64,000 bases of DNA from Candidatus Latescibacterota bacterium (GTDB lineage Bacteria; Latescibacterota; UBA2968; UBA8231). The position numbers and the translations under genes were made by a program. The notes beneath the pieces were generated by a model. That model made no database searches. It saw nothing but the letters and a program-made list of their open reading frames with translations, and had not been told where the DNA came from. Below, piece after piece: positions 50,316-58,466 of the stretch; positions within the stretch are counted from its first letter, which is position 1, and each line of letters begins with the position of its first letter. Location of the stretch: NCBI GenBank assembly GCA_965217585.1, contig OZ244561.1, positions 6,560,001 to 6,624,000 of the forward strand, given 5' to 3'.

Positions 50316-51425
50316 ATGCCCACCCTGTATCAACGCCTAGGCCTGCGCCCTTTCATCAACGCCCGTGGCACCATCACCACGCTCGGCGGCTCCATCATGC
50401 CCGCGCCCGTGGTCGAGGCGATGGCCGAAGCGGCTCGCCAATTCATCCATCTCAACGAGCTGCACGAAAAGGCCGGTGCTCGCATCGCCGCGCTCACCGG
50501 TGCTGAAGCGGCCTTTGTGTCTTCGGGCGCGGCCGGCGGTATGCTCTTGGCCGGTGCAGCTTGCCTGACCGGAACCGACGCTCGCGCCATTGCCCAGCTT
50601 CCCGATGTCGGGGATCGGCCCAACCAGTTCGTCATCAGCTTGGTCGATTCGCATTACTACGTCCATCAGGGCTTTCGCCTCAGCGGCGGCGAGCTGGTCC
50701 GAGTCGGGACCACAGCGGCCGTGACGCTCGACGATTACGTCGCTGGCATCGGTCCCAAGACCGCAGCCGTAGTGTATTTCCTCGGCAGCCAGCCTCTGTC
50801 CGAGCTGCCCGCACTCGTCGCCGCGGCCCACGAGCACAATGTGCCGGTCATCGTCGATGCGGCCGCGCAATTGCCGCCGCGCTCCAACCTGACCGACCTG
50901 CCGGCCATGGGCTGCGACCTGTCGGTTTTCAGCGGCGGCAAGGGCCTGTTTGGGCCGCAGTCATCGGGCCTGATCTTGGGCCGCAAAGACCTGATTGCGG
51001 CGTGCCACCTCAACTCCAACCCGCACTCGGCTATCGGCCGCGGCATGAAGGTCGGCAAAGAGGAAATCTGCGGCCTGCTCCGCGCCGTCGAGCTATTCTT
51101 TGAAATGGATGAAGCAGCGCAAGTGGCCGAGTGGCAGCGCCGCTGTCGAGTCGTCGCCGAGGCTGTCGAGGGCATCGCTGGCATTAAGGCTAGTTTTACC
51201 AGCGCCTATGAGAACAAATTTCCGCCGGCCGAGCCGCTGGTGCATCTGCACTTTGGCGACGAGGCCCCCCTCTCGGCCGGCGACGTAGTGCACGCGCTCG
51301 AAGCAGGCGAGCCGTCGATCTTGGTCAGCGGCGGCGACACCGCGCTCAGCGTTGGGCCGCAAACCCTCTTAGACGGCGAAGCCGAAATCATCGCCGACCG
51401 CCTCCACCGCATCTTAACCGCCTAA
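50316..51425 (+). CDS. SelA-like PLP-dependent enzyme (DgaE-type)
   Basis: INARGTITTLGGS, VDAAA, FSGGK, GPQSSG, GRGMKVGKEE. Confidence 0.82.
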   Translation: MPTLYQRLGLRPFINARGTITTLGGSIMPAPVVEAMAEAARQFIHLNELHEKAGARIAALTGAEAAFVSSGAAGGMLLAGAACLTGTDARAIAQLPDVGDRPNQFVISLVDSHYYVHQGFRLSGGELVRVGTTAAVTLDDYVAGIGPKTAAVVYFLGSQPLSELPALVAAAHEHNVPVIVDAAAQLPPRSNLTDLPAMGCDLSVFSGGKGLFGPQSSGLILGRKDLIAACHLNSNPHSAIGRGMKVGKEEICGLLRAVELFFEMDEAAQVAEWQRRCRVVAEAVEGIAGIKASFTSAYENKFPPAEPLVHLHFGDEAPLSAGDVVHALEAGEPSILVSGGDTALSVGPQTLLDGEAEIIADRLHRILTA

Positions 51426-51450
51426 CTATCTCAACGAGGAGTCAACCGCC

Positions 51451-51756
51451 ATGACCGAAGACAAAACCACCCTCAGCGCCGCCGAAGTAGATGCCGAATT
51501 GCAAACCCTCACAGGTTGGCGTCGCGACGGCATCATCATCTCGCGCGACTTCGTCTTTGCCAACTTCAAGGACATCACCTCGTTCCTCAACCACCTGACC
51601 CGCACCATCACCGAACAGAACCACCACCCCGACTTCTCCTTGGATACCGGCAAACGCACCATTGCCGTCTCGGTAACAACTCACAGCGAAGGGGCCGTCA
51701 CCCGCTCGGATATCCTCTTCGCCCGCACGCTCAACGAGTGGCAGCCGGGGAGCTGA
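51451..51756 (+). CDS. Pterin-4a-carbinolamine dehydratase
   Basis: EQNHHPD, THSEGAVTRSD. Confidence 0.88.
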   Translation: MTEDKTTLSAAEVDAELQTLTGWRRDGIIISRDFVFANFKDITSFLNHLTRTITEQNHHPDFSLDTGKRTIAVSVTTHSEGAVTRSDILFARTLNEWQPGS

Positions 51757-51807
51757 GTCTCAGAAGCGTTCTTAAAACTCGCGTCGGGTGTCAGGTGTCG
51801 GCGCATG

Positions 51808-51844
51808 AAAAAGCGCCCGATGCCAAGGAGACACCGGGCGCTTT
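51808..51844 (-). terminator. Intrinsic terminator of the surface-protein gene
   Basis: AAAGCGCCCG/CGGGCGCTTT stem with a T run on the minus strand. Confidence 0.65.
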
Positions 51845-51864
51845 GCAGGGGTCGATGACAGAGC

Positions 51865-54800
51865 CTACTTGAGGTAGAGCAGGCGCTGAGTCTGCATCCC
51901 GCCCGGATAGTGCAGCCGCACCAAATACATCCCCGCCGACACCAACGCGCCGCGCCGGTCGCGCGCATCCCAGCGAACCTTATAGAAGCCAGCGTCCTGG
52001 TATTGATCGACCAGCGTGCGCACGGGCTGCCCGAGGAGGTTGTAGATCTCCAGGCGCACGGGGCCGTCCACGTCCAGGCGGTAGGGGATGAGGGTGCTGG
52101 CGTTGAAGGGGTTGGGCGCGTTGGGCGCGAGGCCCGGCGGCCCGTCCGCGACCGCCGGCTTGGACGCCGGGGCCGCCGGCGTGTCGATGTGGAACCAGCG
52201 GGAGCGCTCGCTCGTTCCGGCCCCGTTGATGGCCTTGATGCGGTAGGTGTACGTGGTGCTGGCCGCCACGGTGTTGTCGGTGTAGGTGGTAGCGGCCGTC
52301 CCCGTGTCCGCCACCAGCACATCGAAGTCGCCCCCGGTGTCGTTCACGCGCACGCGCCGCAGGATCACGTAGCCGGTGATGGAGTCGTCGCCGGGATCGT
52401 CCCAGGTGAGGGTCACCGAGCCGTGGGTCGCCGTGGCGGAGAGCCCCGTGGGCTGGTCCGGTGCGGAGGCTGGCGGACCGGCCACCGTCGCCGAGATCGT
52501 CTCCGACAGCGCTTGGCCGTCCTTCGTGCAGACCGCCGCCGGGGTGCCGCAGGCCGCCCCGGCCGCGAGCGTCACCGTCACGTCCGCCGGCGAATCCGGC
52601 TCGACCGTCAACTGCCACAGGTCCCTGCGCCGGTTCACCCGGCCGGCCGCCGTCGCCCGGCCCCCGGCTACCGCCACGACGTCCTCCCGCAACCGCCGGC
52701 CGTTCATCAAGCTGAGCGGCTCGCTGAACGCGATCCGGAACGTGAACGCGCGCTCCCCGTCGTGCGCCTCCGGCATGTCCACGAAGCTCGCCGTCAACGG
52801 CGGCGGCTCGTCTGGCGGACCCGCCCGGCGCAGCGACACCGCGACCCGGATCCCATCCGACGCCCCGCCCTCGTAGCGCGAGTATTCGGTACTTGGTTGT
52901 GGCGTGTGGCCCATCAGCATCGGCGGCGACTTGCCACTGTTACTTGTATACGCTTCCAGCCCCGAAATCCGGTATCCGTTCCAGTACGCCACCAAGCCCG
53001 ACGCGTCAGGTCGCGTCGAACCCGTCGCCAGCCCAAACACTCCCCTCGAATTCACGAGGAACGCATCGATTACGTAAGTCGCGCCGCCGTCCTCGAACGA
53101 GGTGACGTCCATCTCTCCGAACGACTCGCCCCGAACCCGGCCGTACCCCGCGACCCATAAGGGGAACTGATGCCAACCCAGTGTCATCGTCGTCGACAAT
53201 AGCTCCTCCTCGCCGTCTTCGAGCGGCGGATTGGCGGGTGCCGACCACACCGGCGCCGTCGCCGCGTTCGTTATCGAGCCATCGCCGCTCTCGACCCGCA
53301 CCGAGAGCCGTGCGCCCACGTCCGCCACCGTCACGACATAGGTGCTCGCCGTCGCGCCCGCGATCACTTCCGATCCGCGCAGCCACTGATACGCCAAAGC
53401 GCCACTCGCCGCTCGCCGCTTGCCGCTTGCCGCTTGCTGCTCGTCGAACGACACCCTCAAGGTGTTTCCAACCTGCGGTACCCCGTCGATCCGCAGCATC
53501 GACACAACCGGCGATTCCCCGTCGGAAATCGTACCGGTCGCCTCGGCGTCGGCAAGTGTCGCGCCCGAGGCGTTGCTCAACCGGAGCGTGAACGTTTCCC
53601 CGCTGTCGTCCTCTGCATCATTCAGAACGGCGATGCGGACCGTCTTGCCCGTCTCCCCGGGCCCGAAGGTGAGCGTCCCGCTGGCCGCGGTGTAGTCCTC
53701 GCCCGCAGTCGCAGTGCCGTCGACGGTTGTCCAATCGACCGTCACGGTCTCGCAATCGTTCCTGGCGTCGAGCGTCACCACGAAATCAACCTTTGCGTCG
53801 GTTCCCTCAGTGGCGCTCGCGTCCCCGACCGACACCTTGCGGTTTCGCGCGATGTGCAAGGGCTCGGACGCGGTGTTGGGATTTCCCACCTCGTCCGTAG
53901 TGATGCCGGCTGGAAACGTGATAGTCGTCTCCCCACCCGCTGGCTCCGGCTCCACACTGAATGTATAGATCCAGCCGAACGCGAGCCGACTGCTGATAAC
54001 CAACCACAACCGCGGAAGGCGGATGTTGTTAAACTCGATATCGTTCCTACCGAATCCCCCCAGGACCGGTTCGCTGATTTCGATATTCACCTCCGTCCTG
54101 CTGTCTGAATCCGGCGTCCCGTCCCCGCACATCACCGACACGGATGGCGGGGTGGTATCAGTGACCAACGTGAACGACGCGGTGTGCGTCGTCCCCGGCG
54201 TGCCGCCCAAATCCGCCTCTGGATAGGGCGTAGCTCTGAGCTGATAGCTCCCTGCTGGCAGGGAGCGGCCAATTATGTCCTCGAACAGCGTGTAGGGCGC
54301 AGTGTTGTCGGTGCGTGATATGTTTTGGGGACCCGTGAGCTCCAATCGCACGCTGCCGATTCCCGCCGCCGCGGACGAGTAGGTGCGAAAGTTCACTTTC
54401 TCCCCGGCGGTCACGCCCACACCCGCCAGGGACCCGCCCACGCCCATGAGCCCGTAAGAATGTGCACGCCTCGCTTGCAGCTCATCGGAGAGTCCCTCGA
54501 GACCGTCCCTGATGTTGGGATCAACCAACATGATCGCCATGTCGGTGATCGGGTCCCATGCAACCGACGACGATCCATCGTCGTCAATGATCGTGCCGGT
54601 GGTCTCGGCGTCGGCAAGTGTCGCGCCCGAGGCATTGCTCAGTCGTAGCGTGAAGGTTTCGCCCCCGTCTCCTACCGTGTCGTCCAGAGTGACGACGCTG
54701 ACCGCCTTAGTCGTCTCCTCGGTTCCGCCGTCATCGATGAAGGTGGTCCGCACCTTGATGGTCTTGCCTTGGTCGGCGGAGACCAGTGTGTAGCTAGCCT

Positions 54801-55185
54801 GCGTCGCATCCGCGATTTCCGTGTCTGTGGTCCCGTCGGATCTTATCCACTGGTAAGTGAACGTCGCCTCGCCTAGGCCGTCCTCGTCCGCAATCTCCGA
54901 CACCGAAGCCGTCAGCGTCTCCCCGACCCGTGCCATCCCGGCAATCGAGGGCACTCCGGTCGCTTGAGCGTCGACAGCCGGAGCAAGCAGTAGCAAAATG
55001 GTGATAACCCCAAGTTTAAGATGGGAAGTCGCCACTACGCCCTTGCACGGAAACCGCATTTCCATGAGTTGCTCTCTTGCAACATAGCGTCTTGCTCCGT
55101 GGGCTGGGCTAACTTGTCGGAGATGGAAACGAGGCACAGTCATGGCCTCGGCGATAGCTGAAGCGATATGAGCTAAGTTCTTCAC
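51865..55185 (-). CDS. Mosaic secreted protein with Ig-like, Calx-beta, fibronectin III and FlgD-like domains
   Basis: VDWTTVDGTATAGEDYTAASGTLTF (Calx-beta); APDQPTGL..VTLTW..YTYRIKAIN (FN3); NAPNPFN..SAGMYLVRL tail; AAAGGAG RBS before GTG. Confidence 0.82.
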   Translation of the reverse strand: MKNLAHIASAIAEAMTVPRFHLRQVSPAHGARRYVAREQLMEMRFPCKGVVATSHLKLGVITILLLLAPAVDAQATGVPSIAGMARVGETLTASVSEIADEDGLGEATFTYQWIRSDGTTDTEIADATQASYTLVSADQGKTIKVRTTFIDDGGTEETTKAVSVVTLDDTVGDGGETFTLRLSNASGATLADAETTGTIIDDDGSSSVAWDPITDMAIMLVDPNIRDGLEGLSDELQARRAHSYGLMGVGGSLAGVGVTAGEKVNFRTYSSAAAGIGSVRLELTGPQNISRTDNTAPYTLFEDIIGRSLPAGSYQLRATPYPEADLGGTPGTTHTASFTLVTDTTPPSVSVMCGDGTPDSDSRTEVNIEISEPVLGGFGRNDIEFNNIRLPRLWLVISSRLAFGWIYTFSVEPEPAGGETTITFPAGITTDEVGNPNTASEPLHIARNRKVSVGDASATEGTDAKVDFVVTLDARNDCETVTVDWTTVDGTATAGEDYTAASGTLTFGPGETGKTVRIAVLNDAEDDSGETFTLRLSNASGATLADAEATGTISDGESPVVSMLRIDGVPQVGNTLRVSFDEQQAASGKRRAASGALAYQWLRGSEVIAGATASTYVVTVADVGARLSVRVESGDGSITNAATAPVWSAPANPPLEDGEEELLSTTMTLGWHQFPLWVAGYGRVRGESFGEMDVTSFEDGGATYVIDAFLVNSRGVFGLATGSTRPDASGLVAYWNGYRISGLEAYTSNSGKSPPMLMGHTPQPSTEYSRYEGGASDGIRVAVSLRRAGPPDEPPPLTASFVDMPEAHDGERAFTFRIAFSEPLSLMNGRRLREDVVAVAGGRATAAGRVNRRRDLWQLTVEPDSPADVTVTLAAGAACGTPAAVCTKDGQALSETISATVAGPPASAPDQPTGLSATATHGSVTLTWDDPGDDSITGYVILRRVRVNDTGGDFDVLVADTGTAATTYTDNTVAASTTYTYRIKAINGAGTSERSRWFHIDTPAAPASKPAVADGPPGLAPNAPNPFNASTLIPYRLDVDGPVRLEIYNLLGQPVRTLVDQYQDAGFYKVRWDARDRRGALVSAGMYLVRLHYPGGMQTQRLLYLK

Positions 55186-55500
55186 GATAAATCTCCTTTT
55201 AAAGAGGTTTGTGGGGTGATTCCCCTTTCACAGAGGGTGGTTGACGAGCGCCGGTGCCCGGTTCAATCCCGGCCGAGGTCGTGTTTCTTCAACAGAGACG
55301 ACCTCCAACGCATCGTTTCGTATCGGTCGTGAAAATAGCGTGCTAAGGGGATAGCGAACGTTTGCTAATAAAGGACAAACGTTTATAGCAGGTCGCAGAA
55401 CAAGGGCGACCTTCGGCCCCTCGGTCCTTGGCAAAGAACCGAGCAGGCGCGGCCAAACAGACGTTGGCCGCAGTATGGAGCTAGTGGATCTTAGAGAATC

Positions 55501-55514
55501 GGGGGGGGGGGGGG
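55501..55514. repeat. G14 homopolymer
   Basis: 14 consecutive G in the intergenic region upstream of the surface-protein gene. Confidence 0.9.
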
Positions 55515-55942
55515 TAAATTATTGTTTTTAAACGACTTATGAAATTATACTTGTCGTCCAAAGCTCGGGACTGGACGCTACCTGGGGCCACCGCACCAAG
55601 CGCTGTCCTATCAAATGTCGGGTTATGGACCATTTTCTATTTTGACATCAGCCAATATGAAGATGAATACGTGTGAGGCTGCTATAATACAACATAAATC
55701 GAGGTTTGTGTCAAGCACGCAGCACAATCGGTCGTGCTCAGGCGGAGTGTATCAGCGCATCGCCCCACCGATTGCATCCCTCTAGGCAATGCCGCGCTAT
55801 ACGACGCTTCTAACCACTAAGCCAGCACGGAAATTTTAACTGATGTTACGCGGTCGGCTTATCCCCTAAAGGTCTCATTTATGGGTTGTGCCCGATACAG
55901 TCTCACTCTGCACAGCCCCGTCCGTCCCGCTGCACTTGGCCT

Positions 55943-55958
55943 TGGCATGGATATTGCA
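55943..55958 (+). promoter_or_regulatory. Sigma-54-like promoter upstream of the Rpn gene
   Basis: TGGCATGGATATTGCA with correct GG-N10-GC spacing. Confidence 0.5.
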
Positions 55959-56013
55959 ATTAGGAATCATAAATAGACCCAACCGCCCCCAGTTCGGACG
56001 GCTTGGCAAGCTC

Positions 56014-56048
56014 TAATTCCTAATTCTCAATTCTCAATTCCTAATTCC
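56014..56048 (+). repeat. Five tandem heptamers YAATTCY
   Basis: TAATTCC TAATTCT CAATTCT CAATTCC TAATTCC. Confidence 0.85.
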
Positions 56049-56060
56049 CGATGGATCGCC

Positions 56061-56936
56061 ATGGCCGAATTCGACACGATTTCTAAGCACCTCATCCACA
56101 CCTACCCCCACGACTTCGCCCGCTTCGCTCTCCAGCAAGACGACCTTGAGGTGCTCGACGTCATCGACACCGAACAACCCACCGTCGAAGCCCACCGCAC
56201 CGACAGCCTCATCCGCGTGCGTATCAACGACGAGGAGGCGTTGGTTCATCACGAATTTCAAACCACCGACAGCAAACCACCCATGCCGCACCGCATGGCT
56301 GGCTATATCGGGCGCGGTATCGAACAACACGGCCTGCCGATCTATTCCAACGTCATCTATTTGCGTCCCGACGCCGGCCGCACCGATCCGGGACACTACC
56401 TCCAAGAGCGGCACGGCTTCCGTGTCCTGGTGCAATACCAAGTGATTCGGCTGAGTGAACTAGACGGCCAACGCATGCTCGACGCGGGGCACTCGGGCTT
56501 GCTCCCCTTTGCGCCGTTGATGCAGCGGCCAGTGGGGGTGGATGCGGCGGCGTGGTTGCGCCAGTGTGTGAACCGGGCGCAGCAGGTGCCGATGGACGAG
56601 ACCCTCAAGGCGAATTACTTGGCCGATCTTGCCATTCTAAGCGGTTTGGTGTATAGATTAGAAACGATTATGACCATCATATCGGAGGCGACCATGTACG
56701 AATCGTCGGTAGTGCAGTATTTCACGGAAAAGGGCATCGAGCGGGGAGGCCGCGAACGCGCCGTTGAAGATCTGCTCGACGTGCTAGAGATTCGCTTTGG
56801 GCTGGCCGCGTCGGATCCGTTGGCCGACCGTATTGGGGCCATTGACGATGTGCAGCGTCTCAAGCAGTTGCATCGGGCGGCCATACAGGTGCCGAGCCTC
56901 GAAGCCTTTAGCAACCTGTTAGATACCGCCGAGTAG
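56061..56936 (+). CDS. Rpn/YhgA-like PD-(D/E)xK protein
   Basis: FDTISKHL, RTDSL, HHEFQT, RMAGY, VIYL, LLPFAPL, MYESSVVQ, EKGIERG, LEIRFG. Confidence 0.75.
   Translation: MAEFDTISKHLIHTYPHDFARFALQQDDLEVLDVIDTEQPTVEAHRTDSLIRVRINDEEALVHHEFQTTDSKPPMPHRMAGYIGRGIEQHGLPIYSNVIYLRPDAGRTDPGHYLQERHGFRVLVQYQVIRLSELDGQRMLDAGHSGLLPFAPLMQRPVGVDAAAWLRQCVNRAQQVPMDETLKANYLADLAILSGLVYRLETIMTIISEATMYESSVVQYFTEKGIERGGRERAVEDLLDVLEIRFGLAASDPLADRIGAIDDVQRLKQLHRAAIQVPSLEAFSNLLDTAE
56694..56936 (+). CDS. Putative in-frame small protein (RpnS-like), 80 aa
   Basis: GGAGG at 56684-88, 5 nt before in-frame ATG 56694, at the start of the C-terminal domain. Confidence 0.5.
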   Translation: MYESSVVQYFTEKGIERGGRERAVEDLLDVLEIRFGLAASDPLADRIGAIDDVQRLKQLHRAAIQVPSLEAFSNLLDTAE

Positions 56937-56974
56937 GGGCACGGCGTAACGTCAGATTTTAAGAACGCTTCTCA

Positions 56975-57906
56975 GAGGCTGTCTGAAAACCCTTGCTGTA
57001 GCCCGTATTTGAATCGGCGTACTCATCGGGCCATATTCAGGTTTCGCTACAAAATCTGAACAGAAAGGCTCGTATGATGAGTACGCCTAGTGGCCAATAT
57101 GCCACCGATGTAACCGATGCGCAATGGCGGCGGATCGAACCGTTGCTGCCGGCTTCGACTTGGCAACCGAACGGTCCGGGTCGGCCGCCGCGGGATCAAC
57201 GCCAGATGGTCAACGGCCTTTTGTATTTGACCAAGACCGGGTGTCCTTGGGCGCTGCTGCCTTCTTGCTTTGGGCCGTGGAAAACGGTGTATGATTACTT
57301 TCGTCGCTGGAGTCTACAAGGGGTCTGGCCACAGGTATTGGATCGACTCACCCAGCGAGAACGCCGCCTTAACGGACGGGCCCCTCAGCCGTCGGCTGGT
57401 TGTGTCGATAGTCAGACGATCAAGACGGCAACCCACGGTAAAACAACCGGTTATGACGCCGGCAAAAAGATCCAAGGACGTAAACGTCATCTGTTGGTCG
57501 ACACCTCGGGCTTGCTTAGAGAGGTGGTGGTCACCGCCGCCGATGTAGACGATCGCGACGGCTTGAAGCAGGTGTTGACCCGCTATAGTACTCCCGACGT
57601 ACCCCGGTTACGCAAACTGTGGGTCGATGGCGGCTATCGAGGCGATCCGATCCGAACGTGGGTGGCCAACCTAAAAAAGACGCACAAAATAGACTTGGAA
57701 GTCGTCGCCAAACAAGGCGGCGGATTTACCGTAGTCAAACGTCGTTGGGTCGTCGAGCGCACGTTTGCGTGGTTGATGAATTTTCGCCGCCATGCCCGAG
57801 ATTATGAGGTGTTGACCCGCCATAGCGAGGCCTTGATTCAGATTGCCATGATCCACTTGCTACTCAAACGGATCAAATAGAAAAAATGGAGTTTTCAGAC
57901 AGCCTC
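56975..57906 (+). mobile_element. IS5-family (IS1031-like) insertion sequence, 932 bp
   Basis: 16-bp TIRs GAGGCTGTCTGAAAAC / GTTTTCAGACAGCCTC; TCA duplication at 56972-74 and 57907-09. Confidence 0.93.
57074..57880 (+). CDS. IS5-family transposase
   Basis: TDAQW, GCPWALLP, VDSQT, GYDAGKKIQGRKRH, VDGGY, RWVVERTFAWL. Confidence 0.95.
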   Translation: MMSTPSGQYATDVTDAQWRRIEPLLPASTWQPNGPGRPPRDQRQMVNGLLYLTKTGCPWALLPSCFGPWKTVYDYFRRWSLQGVWPQVLDRLTQRERRLNGRAPQPSAGCVDSQTIKTATHGKTTGYDAGKKIQGRKRHLLVDTSGLLREVVVTAADVDDRDGLKQVLTRYSTPDVPRLRKLWVDGGYRGDPIRTWVANLKKTHKIDLEVVAKQGGGFTVVKRRWVVERTFAWLMNFRRHARDYEVLTRHSEALIQIAMIHLLLKRIK

Positions 57907-57957
57907 TCAGAAGAATATCTTGTGCAGCAGGCGCAGGTTGCGGCCTGGCTCGGGCAG
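57907..57957 (-). repeat. Displaced copy of the TonB receptor 3' end
   Basis: 51-bp exact match to 58467-58517, encoding LPEPGRNLRLLHKIFF*. Confidence 0.95.
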
Positions 57958-58069
57958 ATACCCCAAGGCCGCTCGACCGCTCTTCCTCAATTATATCCCT
58001 GTGGCGTTTGGTCAATTGCTCGTTTTCATCGGCCAGCCAAATCCACAGGTGAGTATCCAGAATAATCAC
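57958..58069 (-). pseudogene. Truncated VapC PIN toxin
   Basis: MIILDTHLWIW...GLGVS is cut at the repeat junction. Confidence 0.8.
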
Positions 58070-58284
58070 TTCAGCAGTTCCCAGTCCTCTTTAGCTACTG
58101 GCTCCGTCGGATCCAGATATTCTATGACCTTACCTCGCAGCGGTGACGGCGTCCCGGGATGGTGGACGGTTTCCTGCGACAATATAATTACCTCTACCTC
58201 ATCCCCTTCTTGAAAAGGAAGGGCATTCAGTTTCAGTTCACCGTTTGCGGCGATCTTTTTTTCTACGCGATAGGCTTTCATCAC
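58066..58284 (-). CDS. Putative antitoxin of the truncated VapC
   Basis: 72 aa, LPFQEGDEVEVII...LRGKVIEYLDPTEPV..DW; GTGA overlap with the PIN gene; GAGG RBS. Confidence 0.7.
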   Translation of the reverse strand: MMKAYRVEKKIAANGELKLNALPFQEGDEVEVIILSQETVHHPGTPSPLRGKVIEYLDPTEPVAKEDWELLK

Positions 58285-58466
58285 TCACCTCTCTAAAGAT
58301 TGGCTACGACTAATCTAGCCGAAGATAGAGTACATAATCTGGATCGCAATTTCAATTACCGATCAGCGACCGTCCCTCCTTCACTACCGAGGTCACGGGC
58401 CAGATCTGTTTGGTGTGCTACACCCTGTGCAATCCCATCGTCCAGTGGGTGAATCCAGACGAATTC

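Larger units (their letters stand above)
51763..56971. mobile_element. Non-autonomous TIR cargo element (5209 bp)
   Basis: Perfect 15-bp TIRs GAAGCGTTCTTAAAA (51763-51777) and TTTTAAGAACGCTTC (56957-56971), flanked by TCA at 51760-62 and 56972-74; no DDE transposase inside. Confidence 0.8.

Noticed and set aside
50316-51425. Selenocysteine synthase SelA
   Set aside because: Short (369 aa) DgaE-like form; no selB, selD or tRNA-Sec nearby
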